Made by a program: the position numbers and the translations under genes. A stretch of 64,000 nucleotides of DNA. Source: Lama guanicoe. Taxonomy: Eukaryota. The stretch spans positions 1,054,001 to 1,118,000 of the forward strand of contig MU055937.1 in the NCBI GenBank assembly GCA_013239625.1. The letters run 5' to 3'. This document shows, piece by piece, positions 35,999-49,465 of this stretch. Every line of letters starts with the position of its first letter. Position 1 is the first letter of the stretch. A model generated the notes under the pieces. The model saw nothing but the letters and a program-made list of their open reading frames with translations. It did not search any database and was not told the origin of the DNA.

Positions 35999-36818
35999 TA
36001 CATGTTTATATATTTGTGTTCAATCCCTCCCTTTACTTAATGTCTGTTTTTATTTGTATTTTTCCTTATTTTAGTTTTTAAAATATTATGACATTAATTT
36101 CCTAAAAGCTGACTCAAGCCCTATGTGATATTTAGACCTTTATATAAATATACAACTACTAAACATTTATAATAATGTTAAACGGTATCCACAAGACCCT
36201 AGTACAGTTACTTGAAAAGATAGTCATGTTGCTGGTTTTCAGAAATATCAAAATAAAAATAATGTTTCTCCCTTTTTTCTCTGTTAATCCTGCTTGTCCT
36301 TCATGACCCAGCTCAAGTTCTGCTTTCTTCATGAAGACTTCTTGGCTGTCCTAACCAGATGACTCTATTTTTGGAATTTCCATAGTGCTTAGCGCTCACA
36401 GGGCACAGTTTAACATTCAGTTCTGCTACCTTGTATTTTTCCTTTATTGTTTCTGCTCCAGCCACGCTGGGCTTGCTTATTATCCTTTGACTCTGCCTGG
36501 TGCTTTCCCAACCGTGACTTTGTTCTTGCTGCTTCCATGTCTCTGGGATGGACTCTCCTGCCCTCTTTATATCAAATTCTACCACTTGCCAGCATCTAGG
36601 TCAAATAACCTTGCCCCACAAAGCCTGAACAGTCCAGGTTAGCCAGGAACATCTCTAAATTCATAGTGTCTACCGTCTATCCTATGGAAATTATTTTAAT
36701 AGGTTTTTTGGGATAACTTCCATATGGTCCTTATAACACATTGTAATGATTTAAATTTCAGAATTTACCTTGGGGAACTCTGGGAAATATGAGTCACATC
36801 TATTGCTATACCCTATGG

Positions 36819-36973
36819 TAGTGGTTCTCCAAATTAGCTGTGAATCAGGATCAGTTGGAATGAAATAAATGCAGGTATACAGGCCCTAATCTGTATCAGT
36901 CATTGACAGTCTCTGGGGTTTTCCCTTGGATATCCATTTTATTCTGATGCATGGCCACATCTAAGAACCACTG
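36819..36973. mobile_element. MER5-type hAT MITE
   Basis: Terminal inverted repeats AGTGGTTCT ... AGAACCACT; internal GAATCA and ATTCTGATGCA. Confidence 0.7.
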
Positions 36974-37424
36974 CTCTGTGAGGATATTTAGGGAGAATAA
37001 CTCAGAAGGATTTTAACATGTTTGAATGCCGAAGTTTAGACCTTGCTAGAAAGTGATAAATCAGTTGCTCCAAAAGATAGAACTTCATGCCAATGCTTAG
37101 AGAAAAATTCCAACTCTTAACAAAATGACAGTTCCTTAACATTTTGCTGGACATTATGGCCTTTCTAAAAGTATGTTTACCACTCTTCCATGTCTTACTG
37201 TATAGTCTGAGTCTTTGTTCTTATTTTTTATAATAAAAATAATGAAATCGATACTGCAATTACCTGAATGCTCACCTGGGGAATGTAGGACTTATCCTTG
37301 TCCAAACTTACGTTACAATACCAAGGACCAGTCTTAGTCTGTATCTTTAGCTGCAAGTGAGAAAAATATCAAATCAAATGAGTTTAAGCAAAAATAGGAA
37401 TCTATTGGATGGGAATTTACTGCC

Positions 37425-37815
37425 TACAGTAGAAATAGGTTGGCTGTTCACCAAAGCATGGCTCCTCTTCTATGGGAACTCACCTGCATTTGTTTCTCAT
37501 CCTCCCTACAGTTGGGCATGCTCCTGTGACTGGGTTCTGCCATGAGATGTGGGCAGAAGTGATGTGGACCACTTCTAGGCTTGATCTATAAATCCCACCC
37601 CTGTAATACTCCATTGGCTTTTCCCATTTGTTCCTTGAGTAGAGAAGTCTCCCAAGACCAGAGAGAAGGGGTTCATGAGATGGAAGGCACCTGAGTCTCC
37701 CTGAGCCACTGCTCAAAGAAAAGCTACCTGATGGGGCTACATAATAGGTAAGGACTGTGTGAGTGAGAGAGAAAAATCTTATGTTAAGCCACTAAGATTT
37801 TGAAATGGTATTAAC
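37425..37815 (+). mobile_element. MaLR LTR (MLT1I/J-like)
   Basis: TGTGACTGGGTTCTGCCATGAGATGTGGGCAGAAGTGATG...CACTTCTAGGC...TGTTAAGCCACTAAGATTTTG. Confidence 0.65.
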
Positions 37816-38814
37816 CACTGGATTCACTGCAGTATGTCGCGTAATAGGAAATAAAAAAGAACAACCAAATTGTGAGAAGGGCTGTTATGCACTTGGACTC
37901 CTTCAGAAACAACTAGAATTTATATTAGAATGTCTTTCCAAATCTGTATTCACTTGTTTCTAGAGAGCTATTAAACCATCTTCTCCCAATTTATAAGGAG
38001 AGTCAGAGAGATCATGTACCATAATTTTTACCTGTAGAAAAGAGATATATTGGAATTTAGAAGCAAGTAGGAAAGAACACAGAGAAGAGGCACTCCTCAA
38101 AGTGCTTCTTATCCAAAGAGACATTGGATAAGATCCAAAGGCTTGGCTCATTATCTATTAGACCCCAAATTAAGGAAGATTTTCAACCTCCTTTGAGGAG
38201 AAAGGGAGAGAACGCTCTATTAATATTTTGATGGGCTTAGCATCCTGAAACTTTGCCCTTGAGTTCACTAAAAAATGCAGACTATTACAATGACTTACAT
38301 ATCCAGACCAAAAGATGTGTGTTTTACTCCTATAAACTATCAGTTTTTCACTTATTTATTCCTTGGCTGCTGTTGAGAATATTAAGTGCCTTGTGAACTT
38401 TCTAACAGTCCTTTTGACTCTCCAATCTCATTTCAGTAAGTGCCTAGCATGTTTTCTCACTGATGGCTTATTGACTTGTCACTTTCTCCTCTCTTTACCC
38501 TAGAGTTTTATTTGGACTTATGAATTCAGATTAGAAATTCCATTAAATTGCTGAAGGAGGCATACCATTATTTTAGAGGAAGCCTAAATTAGGAATGCCT
38601 CTCTTTTCTGGACTAGATTAGATTATACTTGCTTCTTTGGATCGTATTGAGATGGGAATTTTTAATATTAATATTAGTCAAAGAGGTTTAAATATCCCTC
38701 GCTCCCTATCAAATAATTAACAATGTCAAATATACTGGAATATTATCTTCTCTGATTTTAGCAATTTGTTGAAAGTGAGAATCTTCAAATAGTTAAAACA
38801 TTCTCCTCTCCTAG

Positions 38815-40240
38815 AACTCAAGATAGACTGTAAGTGATAACAAGTGAACTAAACTATATTACAAATCAACCACATAACCACAATAAAGAGGGTAGGGGAG
38901 AAAAGAGCTAAGTGATCTTGGAAAGCACTATTTCAACTGAATCCTGTAAGGCTGACTATAAAAAGAACTATATACCATTCTTGTGCTTTAGTTAGTAAAT
39001 TTGTTATTCACAGAAATATGTATTAGCAATTCTATAACTTCTTTATTTGGATTCTAGGACTGAATAAAAAAGTGAATACAATGATACTTTGAAATCCATT
39101 CCTTGTCAGAGAAAGAACTTGCAAATAAGTAAAAAGAGGAGGGCTAAAGAGAACCGTGAGCTACTGGATTGGAATCAGATATCTGATTATAAACTCAGTT
39201 ACATCTGAATATAAACATGATTTTTAATATACAGGGAAATAGATACAGAGGTATATGTATGTATGGATTGGAATACATCTGTATATTTTCTAGATCTGCC
39301 ACTGTGAGAGCCTAGAAGTAATGATACCCCGGTACCAAGAAGAGCACCTACCCCCTAGATTTTGGTCTCTAAACACAACTCATCAACTAAAGAATCCATA
39401 CTTCGCAGAGAAATATCTGATTCAAGGCTAGGTTTGGGAAAGCACATGATGAGGCTGGAACATTTTATGATGCTAGAAAGTAAGAAATACTCGAAAACTG
39501 ATGGGATCATCTCAAGGAGTCAACTTGAAAGAATTCCAAACTGAGACAATTTGTGTAATAAAAACATAATGATGGCAATAGCTTAAAATATGCAGAATAA
39601 AATGCCCATGAGTCCATATAAACATAAATAATCAAATAGGTGGTGGAGAAGGGACAGTTCTTTAAGTTGAATTCCAATTAATAAATGAAGAAGTCATGGT
39701 GGAAATAAATGCCTGAGAAACCGTCAAACCAAGGGGAGCCTAAGGAGACAGGACAACAAAATGTAATGTGTCATTCTGGATGGGATTCTGGAATAATAAA
39801 GGATGGTAGGTAGAACTAAGGAAATATGAACTAACTGTGGACTTTTAGTTAATAATAATGGGTCAACACTGGCTCATTAATTATAATAAACATTGTAAGC
39901 TGTCGGTAAGAGGGAAACTAGGTGTGGGGTGTATGTGTATCTTAAAACTATTCAAGAATAGTTTATTAAAAGACATACTTTAAAAAATCACCATTTGGTA
40001 TGTAACATTATAATAGTTGTTACAGTCAAATGTCATCAATAGATGTTAAAGTTAGTGGGTAAAATATGAAGAGAAATAGGATATTTGTGTAGTTTCAAAG
40101 TATCTCAGCATCAAATGCTTATTATTTACAAAGGGAACATAAATAACTTTATAGCAGAGAAACCTGGCAGATACCACCTTATCCAAAGGCAACACCAGTA
40201 ATGAAACTTGTTGACAATCTATGCCTCCTCTTAGGATGCA
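38815..40240 (+). mobile_element. L1MC-type 3' region, with a second L1 3' end nested at ~39710-39983
   Basis: CCACATAACCAC...CTGTAAGGCT...CTAGAAGTAATGATACCCC...AAATCACCATTTGG...GAAACCTGGCAGATACCACCTTA. Confidence 0.7.
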
Positions 40241-40253
40241 AGGTGCCTATAGG

Positions 40254-40413
40254 CAGTGCTCCTTAAGTTTCAATATTTACATGAATCACCTAAGGATCTT
40301 GTTAAACATTAAGATTCTGATGGAAGAGAGATGGGGCCTGAAATCCTGAATTTCCTGGAATATCCCTGGGATCTGGTGCTCATGTCAAGTGGACCACACT
40401 TTGCAAATCAAGG
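40254..40413. mobile_element. MER5A1-like hAT MITE with 8-bp TSD
   Basis: CAGTG...GAATCACCT...CTTGTTAAA...GATTCTGA...GGACCACACTTTG...CAAGG, flanked by CCTATAGG (40246-40253) and CCTGTAGG (40414-40421). Confidence 0.8.
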
Positions 40414-42146
40414 CCTGTAGGAAAACCCTATAAACTTGTCAGCAAAGGGGGAGTTGGGCGGCAGGAGAGTGTTCTCATCCCTTGTGTAAACCTCCTCCAG
40501 ATTTTCCTTTACCTTACTTTTCCTTACATTGAGATTTCTGTCTCCAGTGCTCTTTTAGCATCATAAATATCTAAAGTTCAAATATGTATTATTTCTAAGC
40601 AAAATGCTTTAAGTGAGGGATTTGCACGTGACAAGTGCTTTCCTTTCTTAGAGCAGATATGTAGCCCATCGTGTTGGAAGAGGCAGGAGGTTTAAGCATA
40701 CTTTGCTTAGAAGTAGTCGTTGAAAGACTCAACCTGTTAATATTGTCTGGTGTCTATGAGTAGGAAACTTTGTTGCACCATGTGTGGGAGAGGCGCATTA
40801 AGGTACCATTTTGGGAATCCTCAAGGTTCACAACTACCACAAAAGACCGAACAGTGCATTAATACCAAGACTGAAGAGAAGCTTTCCAGCAGCACAGAGC
40901 TGTGCAGGATGGAAGACACAGGTATCACGGTGCATTAACTGGTATTGATTCAGATGGAATTTCGTATCCTCATAGAATTCTGCATCTGGTTACTGTTCAG
41001 GCTTCTCAATAGCCAGTGGAGTTGCTGCAGGCCTGGCCAACAGCCCTAACCTTCCCATTTCAGAGACAGCAGCTGCCTAATGATACAGAACTAAAGGGCC
41101 CTCTTCAGCAGGATGATTTGAAAGAGCACTCGAGCCGTTTTGTTCTTGGCCTTAGTTGCTGGACTGAAAAGATCCTCAACTGTAAGAAAGCGTAAATAGC
41201 TTTGCTGCCTGATGTGCCTGCATTTTGTTTTGGGGTCATATATGAATTTATGAGAGCTGAGCTAATGTCATCTAAGAAAATGAAATTGGGGTGGGAGAGG
41301 GTCCACATGTCAAGATTTTGGTCAGCCCCTGAAGGGTGTGTCTCAGCCAGCAATTGAAAGTGACTGGAAATAGTGTAGTTGTTTTTTTTTTTTTTTTGTC
41401 CCAGGACATTTTCTTTTTCTGGCTCCATATAGCCATCTCTACTTCCAATCCTTTTGCTCTCAGCAGGCTTTCCTACCATGTTCTTTCATGTTTGAATCAC
41501 TGATGGTTTGGAAAAGCTGCCTGGCTTTCAGTTCATCCTGTCCCCTCCCACCTCGCTCTAATGTTGGTCTCTAATTATCTTACCTGACTATCTCTTGCCA
41601 CTCACAAACAATATTTCACCTTTCACATAACCTTAGAGACCATTTATCTGCATGTCGTCAGAGCCTCTTAAGGCAGATGATGCCTTCAAATTTCTGAGGG
41701 ATATTCATACGTAACCTGGAATTCTGTTCTAAGTCAAACTTCCAATCTCCTTCCCCCCAAAAAGTAAATATTGTTTCTGATAAAGAGTTTCTTGAAAAAC
41801 TGCTGAAGATATGATGCACCAAAATAAGGGATAAGCAAAAAACCCACAAATATCTGAGATCCAGAAAGCATGGAAACCAACACAGGAGAAGACTAAAAGA
41901 AACAGTCAACATGATGATCAAGGGAGATCCTAGGATGACAGCTGTGAAATAGACTTCAAGAATGACAGTGTAGATTGGAAAAAGAGGATAGAAGACCTGA
42001 GGGGAAATTAAGTTGAACTATATTCGGAGTTTGGAGAGAGGCAAAATATGTCTGGGGGAAGGGAAGACACGTAAACAGATCAATGCTCATCTTCCACTCA
42101 AGTACCTGGGAAAAGTTAAGAAAGAGTATAAATGTACTCTTTTCTC

Positions 42147-42196
42147 TCATGTTTACACAGCACGTGTAAAAATGTACACGTGCTGTGTAAACATGA
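42147..42196. repeat. perfect 22-bp inverted repeat with 6-nt loop
   Basis: TCATGTTTACACAGCACGTGTA-AAAATG-TACACGTGCTGTGTAAACATGA. Confidence 0.95.
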
Positions 42197-42454
42197 AGAA
42201 GGAAATAGTGGAAAAGAACAGCTAAGGGAGTTGCAGATACTTGCCTCTGAGAGTGAAACGTGAAAAAGAGCACAGAGATGGCTGTTTTGTTGAAAGCCTT
42301 GCAAAGCATATATTTTTCATATATATGTATATATATATGCATATAAATGTCAAATATTGATTGTTTTTATTTTCAAATAAGTGGATGGAGTGACTTACTT
42401 CAAGTGATATGCAACCTTGATAATGGTCTTAAGAGTCAGGTGACTGAAGTAATT

Positions 42455-42960
42455 CAATTCAAAAACCACGTATTAAGCATGTGCTGTGTGCCAGGTGCTA
42501 TGGGAACAAAGTCAAATAACATTTCTGCCCACAAGGGCCTCACAATCCAGGCCAAATAGGACACACACACAAATACTATGATGCAGAATGTGATAAGAAA
42601 TATTACAAATAATGCTCTGGGGAGCATGGAAGAAGGAGCAGTGACGTCAGAGTAGCTGGATTCGGGAAGGATGCAAGGGGGGTTGCATGAGAATGCCATT
42701 GCCCAACATCCTGGGTGAGCTCGTTTGCTTTCTAGTTCTTGTTCCTCTTTTTTGTTTGAACAGAAATCAAATGATAAATTTAAATTCTAAATTTCTCTCT
42801 TTAAATTCTAAATATTCTTTGAGTTAGGAGAGATTTGGCTTCTGGAGACAGGTGAGGGGAAGGGCATTACAGATGAAGAAGGAACTACAAGAGAGTTGCA
42901 GAAATAGGGCACAAAGGTGTGAGAGGAGAATGGCAAGTGTTGTATGTGAGTGCAGCGTGC
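42455..42960 (-). mobile_element. L2 3' fragments
   Basis: TTCAAAAACCACGTATTAAGCATGTGCTGTGTGCCAGGTGCT...CTGCCCACAAGGGCCTCACAATCCAG. Confidence 0.65.
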
Positions 42961-43159
42961 ATGAAAGTGATCTGGCCTGTGGTTGGTGGAGAGCAGTGAA
43001 TACTCAGAGAAAATTGAGTTGTGGTTTCTTTGTATTCACAGTGTGAATACACAGTATTCACAGTGTCTAGCTAGTATCTGGCATGAGGTAAGCAAGTCAA
43101 TTTAATAGAACGGACTCAGCCATCTGTCTCTGAAGTAGATGCATCCCTGAGGGATGATA

Positions 43160-43325
43160 GTAGTAATAATAATGCTGGTGATTCACCTTTATTGAGTATT
43201 TAACACGTGCCCCATTGAAGTAAGCACTTCACTGAATCATCCTGGCTTCTCTAGGTGGTAGATATTATTAGTAAGTTCATTTTATTGATAAGTAAAACTG
43301 AGACTTAGAGAAGTTAAGTGACCTT
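43160..43325 (-). mobile_element. MIR SINE
   Basis: TTTATTGAGTATTTAACACGTGCC...CATTTTATTGATAAGTAAAACTGAGACTTAGAGAAGTTAAGTGACCT. Confidence 0.7.
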
Positions 43326-43999
43326 TGGATTTTGAAACAGATACCATTCTTCTCTTTATTTTAAATTATGTAGGTGTTTAGATCACCCAGTTATAAAATT
43401 GTGTAACATTTTTAGAGGATCACAGTATTGCTTTATTTTATCCTATAAAGGCTCAAATTGTTGCATTTCATTCAAAGATGGCCACAAAATTACATAAATA
43501 TGATCCGAACTTTGATTTAAAACAGTACATATAAGATGGCATCAGCAATATGATCCAGCATTATTTCATATACCAATAAGGAATAAAATAAACCACTAAT
43601 TAAATTAGAACATGCCACCAACCCCCATTTCAGAAAAGTTAAAATGTGAGAGAATGTCCATCTTATAATGAATGAAATTTACTAGTTATAGGGTAGTGAA
43701 ATTATACATGGTTTAAATTCTCTTTTTTATAATATATGCATCTTTCTAAAATGTCAGCAATTGACGCTATTACTTTTATGCTGAAAAACGTTAATTTTTT
43801 TTAACTGCTGAAAATATTTAGAACATCCTAACAACCCAGAATATAGATATATAATGTAGATGGTAAGTATCAGTGTAACTTGTACTATTCTCATTTTCTG
43901 AATTAAATTCAGTAATAGCTTTGTGATTGACATATGTGAGAATTAATTCCCTAGAACAGACTGCTGTCACACAGTTTAAAAAGGAAAGAGGATTTCCTG

Positions 44000-46430
44000 C
44001 AAAAAATGTGGGGGAGTAAAGACATTTATTCTAATTCCTACCACTTCCCATGCCAGAAACCTAATGAACACAAAAGCTTAAAATTGGAAATGTAAAGTCT
44101 TATTTGTATTAAAGCTTGGAAATGACTGAAATTCCCAATTACAGTCTATGAATCGTAATCATCCATCAAATATAGTAGGACTTGAACAAACAGAAGGAAG
44201 ATACTGAAAGCCAGTATACACCTCTCTGAGCCTTAAGCAGAATGTAGATTTCTCTCAAAGTAAGTAAGGGTCCTGATGTGTCCGTCTAATGATTTTGTTA
44301 CTTGGAACAATAAGGAGTACGGGTGTGAAGGGTCATGGGAAAAGTGAAGAACATGAGTGTCGGACATGTACTGCTGACCAAAGATAAACACTAAATCATC
44401 AAATAGAAGGCCTTTGTGATAAGTGTAAGTCACATAGACTTACCTGAGAGATCTGCTGCATAAAGATCTGGTTCCCCAGAGCAGAAGACACAGCAAATCT
44501 GGTTAAAAAAAAAAAAAAGTGCAGAAATGACAAACCAGTTGGCTCAGGTCAAACACCTCCCCATTCCCACACTATTCTTTTAGGAGAAAGTAGGCCAGGT
44601 TAGAACTGCTAATACTCAAAAATGAGCAATAAGTGGAAGGGATCCAAAATAGGACCTCAGCATAAATGCTACAAAACAAAAAGATGAAAGATATAGAATT
44701 GATATTAAAGGGCAGATGAAAGTACATTTTAGGACGTCATAAACTTCCTAGGAAGTAGAAGGAAACTTTAGCCAAATACTCTTTATACCCTCAAAGAATT
44801 GGAGAGACACAGAGATATTTGGGAAAAAAATTAATGATATAAAAATAATAAAAAGAGATAAGACAGTATTAGGAGATAGAAGGGGCACTGACAAAGCTCA
44901 AAAAAGAAGAAAAAAATAACAGTTACATAAATAGAAGCTACATTAAAGGCAGCAGCAAAAAATAAAATTGATGGTACTAATACTTCAAAACTCAAAAATA
45001 TCATGTCAGTGACATGATGTTTAGGCTTTGGAATTTCACAAAAGAAAATATAATTAAAGAACTGATAGATATGGAAGCTAAAGGAGATCAAAGAATCATG
45101 TAATTAGTTTATCTGAGGTATAGAACATACAGAAATGGAAATATAGTCAAACATGAAACAAAAATCTCCACAAATAAAGGAAGACAAGGATTTCCAGGGT
45201 GAGGGGGTAAGAGATCAACCCCGCAGACACAGAAAGAGAAAGGGCAGTTTGACTTAAAATGTGATCTAGTCTCAGAGCTTTCTCATTGCCTTAACAGAGT
45301 TCTGAGACAACAAATATATGTATGATGCAATAATTCTGTGCCTAGTAAAGAGATTGGTTTTGTATAAACGCCGTGAATGGTATTCTCAAGCGTGCAGGGA
45401 CTCATGAATCCTCCCTGGATTACAAAAAACAAAAAACAAAAAACAACCAAAAAAAGAGAAACTTCCTTGCTAAAATTCAGACTCTGAAGAGATACATCAA
45501 CTAAAGAAAAAGGGAAGCTATGTCTTTTAAGAATTGTCAATAAACACAGATTCAGTTTAAATATGGGCCTTAGCTTGAACAACTGTGGGATTACAATAAC
45601 AAACTGAATGTAAAAAAAAAAATAAAACCTTGACAATGTAAAATTGAAATATGGTACATAAATATCTGACAAGGTAGGAAAGGAGAGGTGGAAGAAAATA
45701 TAGGTGGTGAAATCTCCTCATATTCCATAGCTGGAAATAGTATGTAGCATAAATACTGCCTAACATTGAAAAAATCAAGACACAGAACTTTAGTACTTAA
45801 TATTAAATTGTAAATATAATCACTAAGAAAATTATCATAGGAAAGAATAAAATCAAAAGCAAAGTAGATAACCAAGAAATTTTAAAAATACATATGGCAT
45901 ATAAATAGTTTTAAGACCCAATTACTTGTTATATGTTGTCTATAATAGAATAAAATTATTTTTTAAAAGAAAAAAGGACTTTTAACTTAGATTTAAAACA
46001 AACTACAATAAAAACAATCAAATAATCCATATTATTAAAATATAAAAATCTTGGAAACAACCTACATGTCAGGTTAAATATATTTCAGCCCAGGCATACC
46101 ACGGAATACTCTACAGGGATTAAAAAGAAGACATCTATCATCTATCAATCAATCAATCTATCTACCTATCTATACACACTAATATGTAGATATAGTTAAA
46201 ATAAAATACCCTGTTATCTGAAAAGAACAAGTTGCAGGTAACTTATAAGAACATAGAAGTGCTTAATTAATAAAAAAGCTTCTAAATGTATAGAAAATTC
46301 TAGAAGGATGCTCAAGAGGCAACTTATATTACTTATAGCTTGAATAATGGAATCCATTTTATATCTTTCTGTTTGAATTTTAATATTAACATATATTACT
46401 TTTGAAATTAACTTTAAAAAATAAAAAAAA
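44000..46430 (+). mobile_element. degraded HAL1/old L1 plus L1ME-like 3' end
   Basis: A-rich ORF1-like region; TTGGAAACAACCTACATGTC...GGAATACTCTACAGGGATTAAAAAGAA at ~46050-46130. Confidence 0.55.
46133..46175. repeat. (TCTA/TCAA)n tetranucleotide repeat
   Basis: ATCTATCATCTATCAATCAATCAATCTATCTACCTATCTAT. Confidence 0.8.
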
Positions 46431-47654
46431 ATTGCCTTTCCTTTTAAAAAGGATTTTGCTGAGGTTTGTCTTCCATTCGACTATAAAACATAAGGCTAAC
46501 ATTTTATAGTTATTTTTAAAACAAGGACTAAAAATGGTAAAATACATCATAAGTTAATTTTCTATTTAAGCTAGCTAAATTCATGGAATTTTGGAGGGAA
46601 AATAGCATATTCATCTTTTTAATGTACTCTCCTACCAACAAGGACAGTCACAATTTATAAAGTCAAATCATATGAAGATGTAGGATGTTTCTGCAATTTT
46701 TTTTAAATGAATGCACATCTTACACAGAAAGGAATTTTCACTGCATATGAGAAACCTAAAGGCCCAAAGGAAAATACACTATCAATGAAAACTACTGAGG
46801 GGATCACAGGTGATTTTTTTTCTTTAAACTCTCTAGATTAAAAATTCTACAATTAACGTGTATCACCTTTGAAATAGGAAGAATAAAATTATAAGAAGGA
46901 GGCATAAACCAAATTTTGGTATAGGAATGTAATTTTAAAAATATACACTTCTCCACTACAGAGCTGTTTTCAACCTCCTTTTTGGCTTTCCTTCCCCTCC
47001 TCCCTTTCTTAAAGCCTTCTAACTGCAAACATTTGTTGAATCCCCAGCAAGAATGAGTTTTCCGTATAGGAGTTTATATTTCAGTGGTGGAGAGACACAA
47101 CTACTACAGTTTAGTGTGTGCTATAATAGAATATTGAGGAACACAGAAAAGAACTTGGATTAATTAAATAAATAGATCTGGGAAGCTTAGAGATAATATG
47201 GTGAAAGATATTTGAGGTGAATCTTGAAGAAGGAGCATAATTTTGCCAGCCATTTAAAGAAAGGGAGCTAGAGATTCAGAGCTCAAGACATTACTTAGCG
47301 TGAGTTAAAGTTACGCAGTCAGCCATGTAGTTTGGCCAAAGGACGTGCTCTGTTGTCTGGTGGGTGTGAAGGTGATAGTCTGCCCATGCAGACTGGGATC
47401 TATTTGTGAACAGACTTTAATGCCTCTCCAAAAAGGCTGAACTGTATCTGACTAAGCGATCTGGTGTTGGTGGGGTTAATGGATGATGAGGGAGAGGATG
47501 AGGGATTTATTGCCATTGCAGTGATAAGGGGTGGGGAGTCATGAGATTTGTACGTATTGCAGAAGAAACTTGAGTTTTTAAAAGTGTCTTTAAGAGTGCT
47601 GTAGTAGGCACTGAGAAGCTACCACAAGTTTAAAATCAGAAAGACATGTTAAAG

Positions 47655-47773
47655 TGAGTGGACCGGGAAGCTAATGAAGCTTAAACTTCTGCAGTCTTCA
47701 CTTTCAGGCCCTAAAGAGGCCCCTCCTGGAAAACTGCCTACTTCAGACCCCTCAAAGCTTGACTCTGCCCCTG
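47655..47773. mobile_element. hAT MITE (MER63-like)
   Basis: GAAGCTAATGAAGCTTAAACTTC ... CTTCAGACCCCTCAAAGCTTGACTCTGCCCCTG. Confidence 0.5.
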
Positions 47774-48289
47774 TTGACTGTATCTGTACCCAGTAGGACA
47801 TCCTGCATATGATGGACTCAGAGAATAGTGGTCTTCTATGGAGGAAATTGTTTCTCTAAGTTGTCTTTCTCTACTTTTATTCTAAAGACTGTCTCTGCCT
47901 TCTCAGTGAACAGGAAAATCAGGAGAGTGAACAGGAAAAGTAGTAATATTCTAGCTCAATAATGGACACAGATATCGACTTTCTGGAATCGATATTCTCT
48001 TCCTTGCTTTTTGCAATAGCCAGGAGACAGAATGAATGATGTGGGTAACACCTGAGCCTCTGTCTTCTGCTTTTGTTCAAGCTTGGACAGTTCCTTGAGT
48101 ATTCTGGGCTCTTCACCTCCTCAGGTCTTTGGTACCAGCTGTTTCTTCAGTTTATGTTTTAAATTACAGTTTATGGTAAATTGTTCTCTTTGCTCCTGTG
48201 GGGCCTGTTCTTTCTTATCCTCAGCATCAACTTCAACATCACTGGACTTCCTCAAAAGGACAGATCTTGTTCTGACCTCTGGTACCATA

Positions 48290-48675
48290 ATTGATAACCA
48301 CTAAATCTCAATGGCTTAAGACAACAAAGGTCAATTTCTCGTTCAGACTTCAGGCCCAAACCAGCTCAGCAGGACAGTTCTGCTCACTCTGTAGTCACTC
48401 AGGGGCCTAGACTGATGGATGTTCCCTGCTCATAGGGTGTCGTTTCCCACTGCTTCTACAACATCCTTGGCAGAACAGGACAGAGAAGGTGCAGAATTGT
48501 ACTGGCACACCAGCTCTTAAATACATCCACATAGAAGTGATGCATGTCCCCTGCTCTGTGACTAATGCAAAAGCACATAGCCAGATACAATAGTAAAGGA
48601 TTAAAAAGTACAATCAGCTCTCAAGTTCGAAAGGAGAGGGGAAGCAGAATCTGGTGGGCAGCACTTGTAAGTGTC
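48290..48675 (-). mobile_element. MaLR LTR (MLT1I/J-like)
   Basis: AAATCTCAATGGCTTAAGACAACAAAGG...GTCACTCAGGGGCCTAGACTGATGGA...CAGCTCTTAAA...AGAAGTGATGCATGTC. Confidence 0.6.
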
Positions 48676-49465
48676 ATTTACCTTATCTAGAATTGGTCCC
48701 TTTTCTCTTCTCCATCTCGGTGAAGCCCAATGAAGAGCAACCCTCTCTACCACCTGAGATTGGAACCACTTAAAAGATAAGACAAAGAATTCAAAGGGGA
48801 TCCTGGAGATCAAAATTTTAGCTTTGTTACTGAACACTGGGCTGGAGGAAATGGCTTAGATGTGTGGCAACAGACAGCTTCCTAATATTTAATGCCACAT
48901 TTAGACCTGCACTTTTTGGAGGGGGCTTTGATGAAAGTTGGTGCCTTGGAGGAAGGAAATGGAAGAGTTATTAGGCATGTGGAGGACCTACTCCTGGACT
49001 TACCAATCACAGAAGTCATATCACCTTCCTAGAGCAGGAAAGAATCAGATGGTTAGAAGGAATGTTACTCTAATATTGTTCTCACACATGGAGATGCAGG
49101 TTATATAAGGGCATCAGGGTGCATCTCAGTCTTATTTCTGAGTTGTGTACTCAGTTCTTAGCAAGGTACAGGGCACAAAGAAGAGAATTTGATGCCTCTT
49201 AATTGAATGAGTGAATAAATAAATGAATGAATGAGTGAATAAATGGTTATCTGCTAATCCCTGAGTCAGATTTGCCAAGTATCACAGTGGGACTAAAAAT
49301 GACATAAAAGGCATTGTGCCTGGAATTAATAAATCATATATGTCAATTAATAATGTTAAAATAATATTATTTAATATTATAAATAAGATTCTTAGTGTAC
49401 TATTTATCATAGCAATTTTAATTATATAAATCAACATGATATATAAAATTATATTCTTGTATTTT

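Noticed and set aside
40625-40630. Isolated CACGTG E-boxes (also 11120, 43204, 62524)
   Set aside because: Single 6-mers are expected by chance in 64 kb and have no supporting context.
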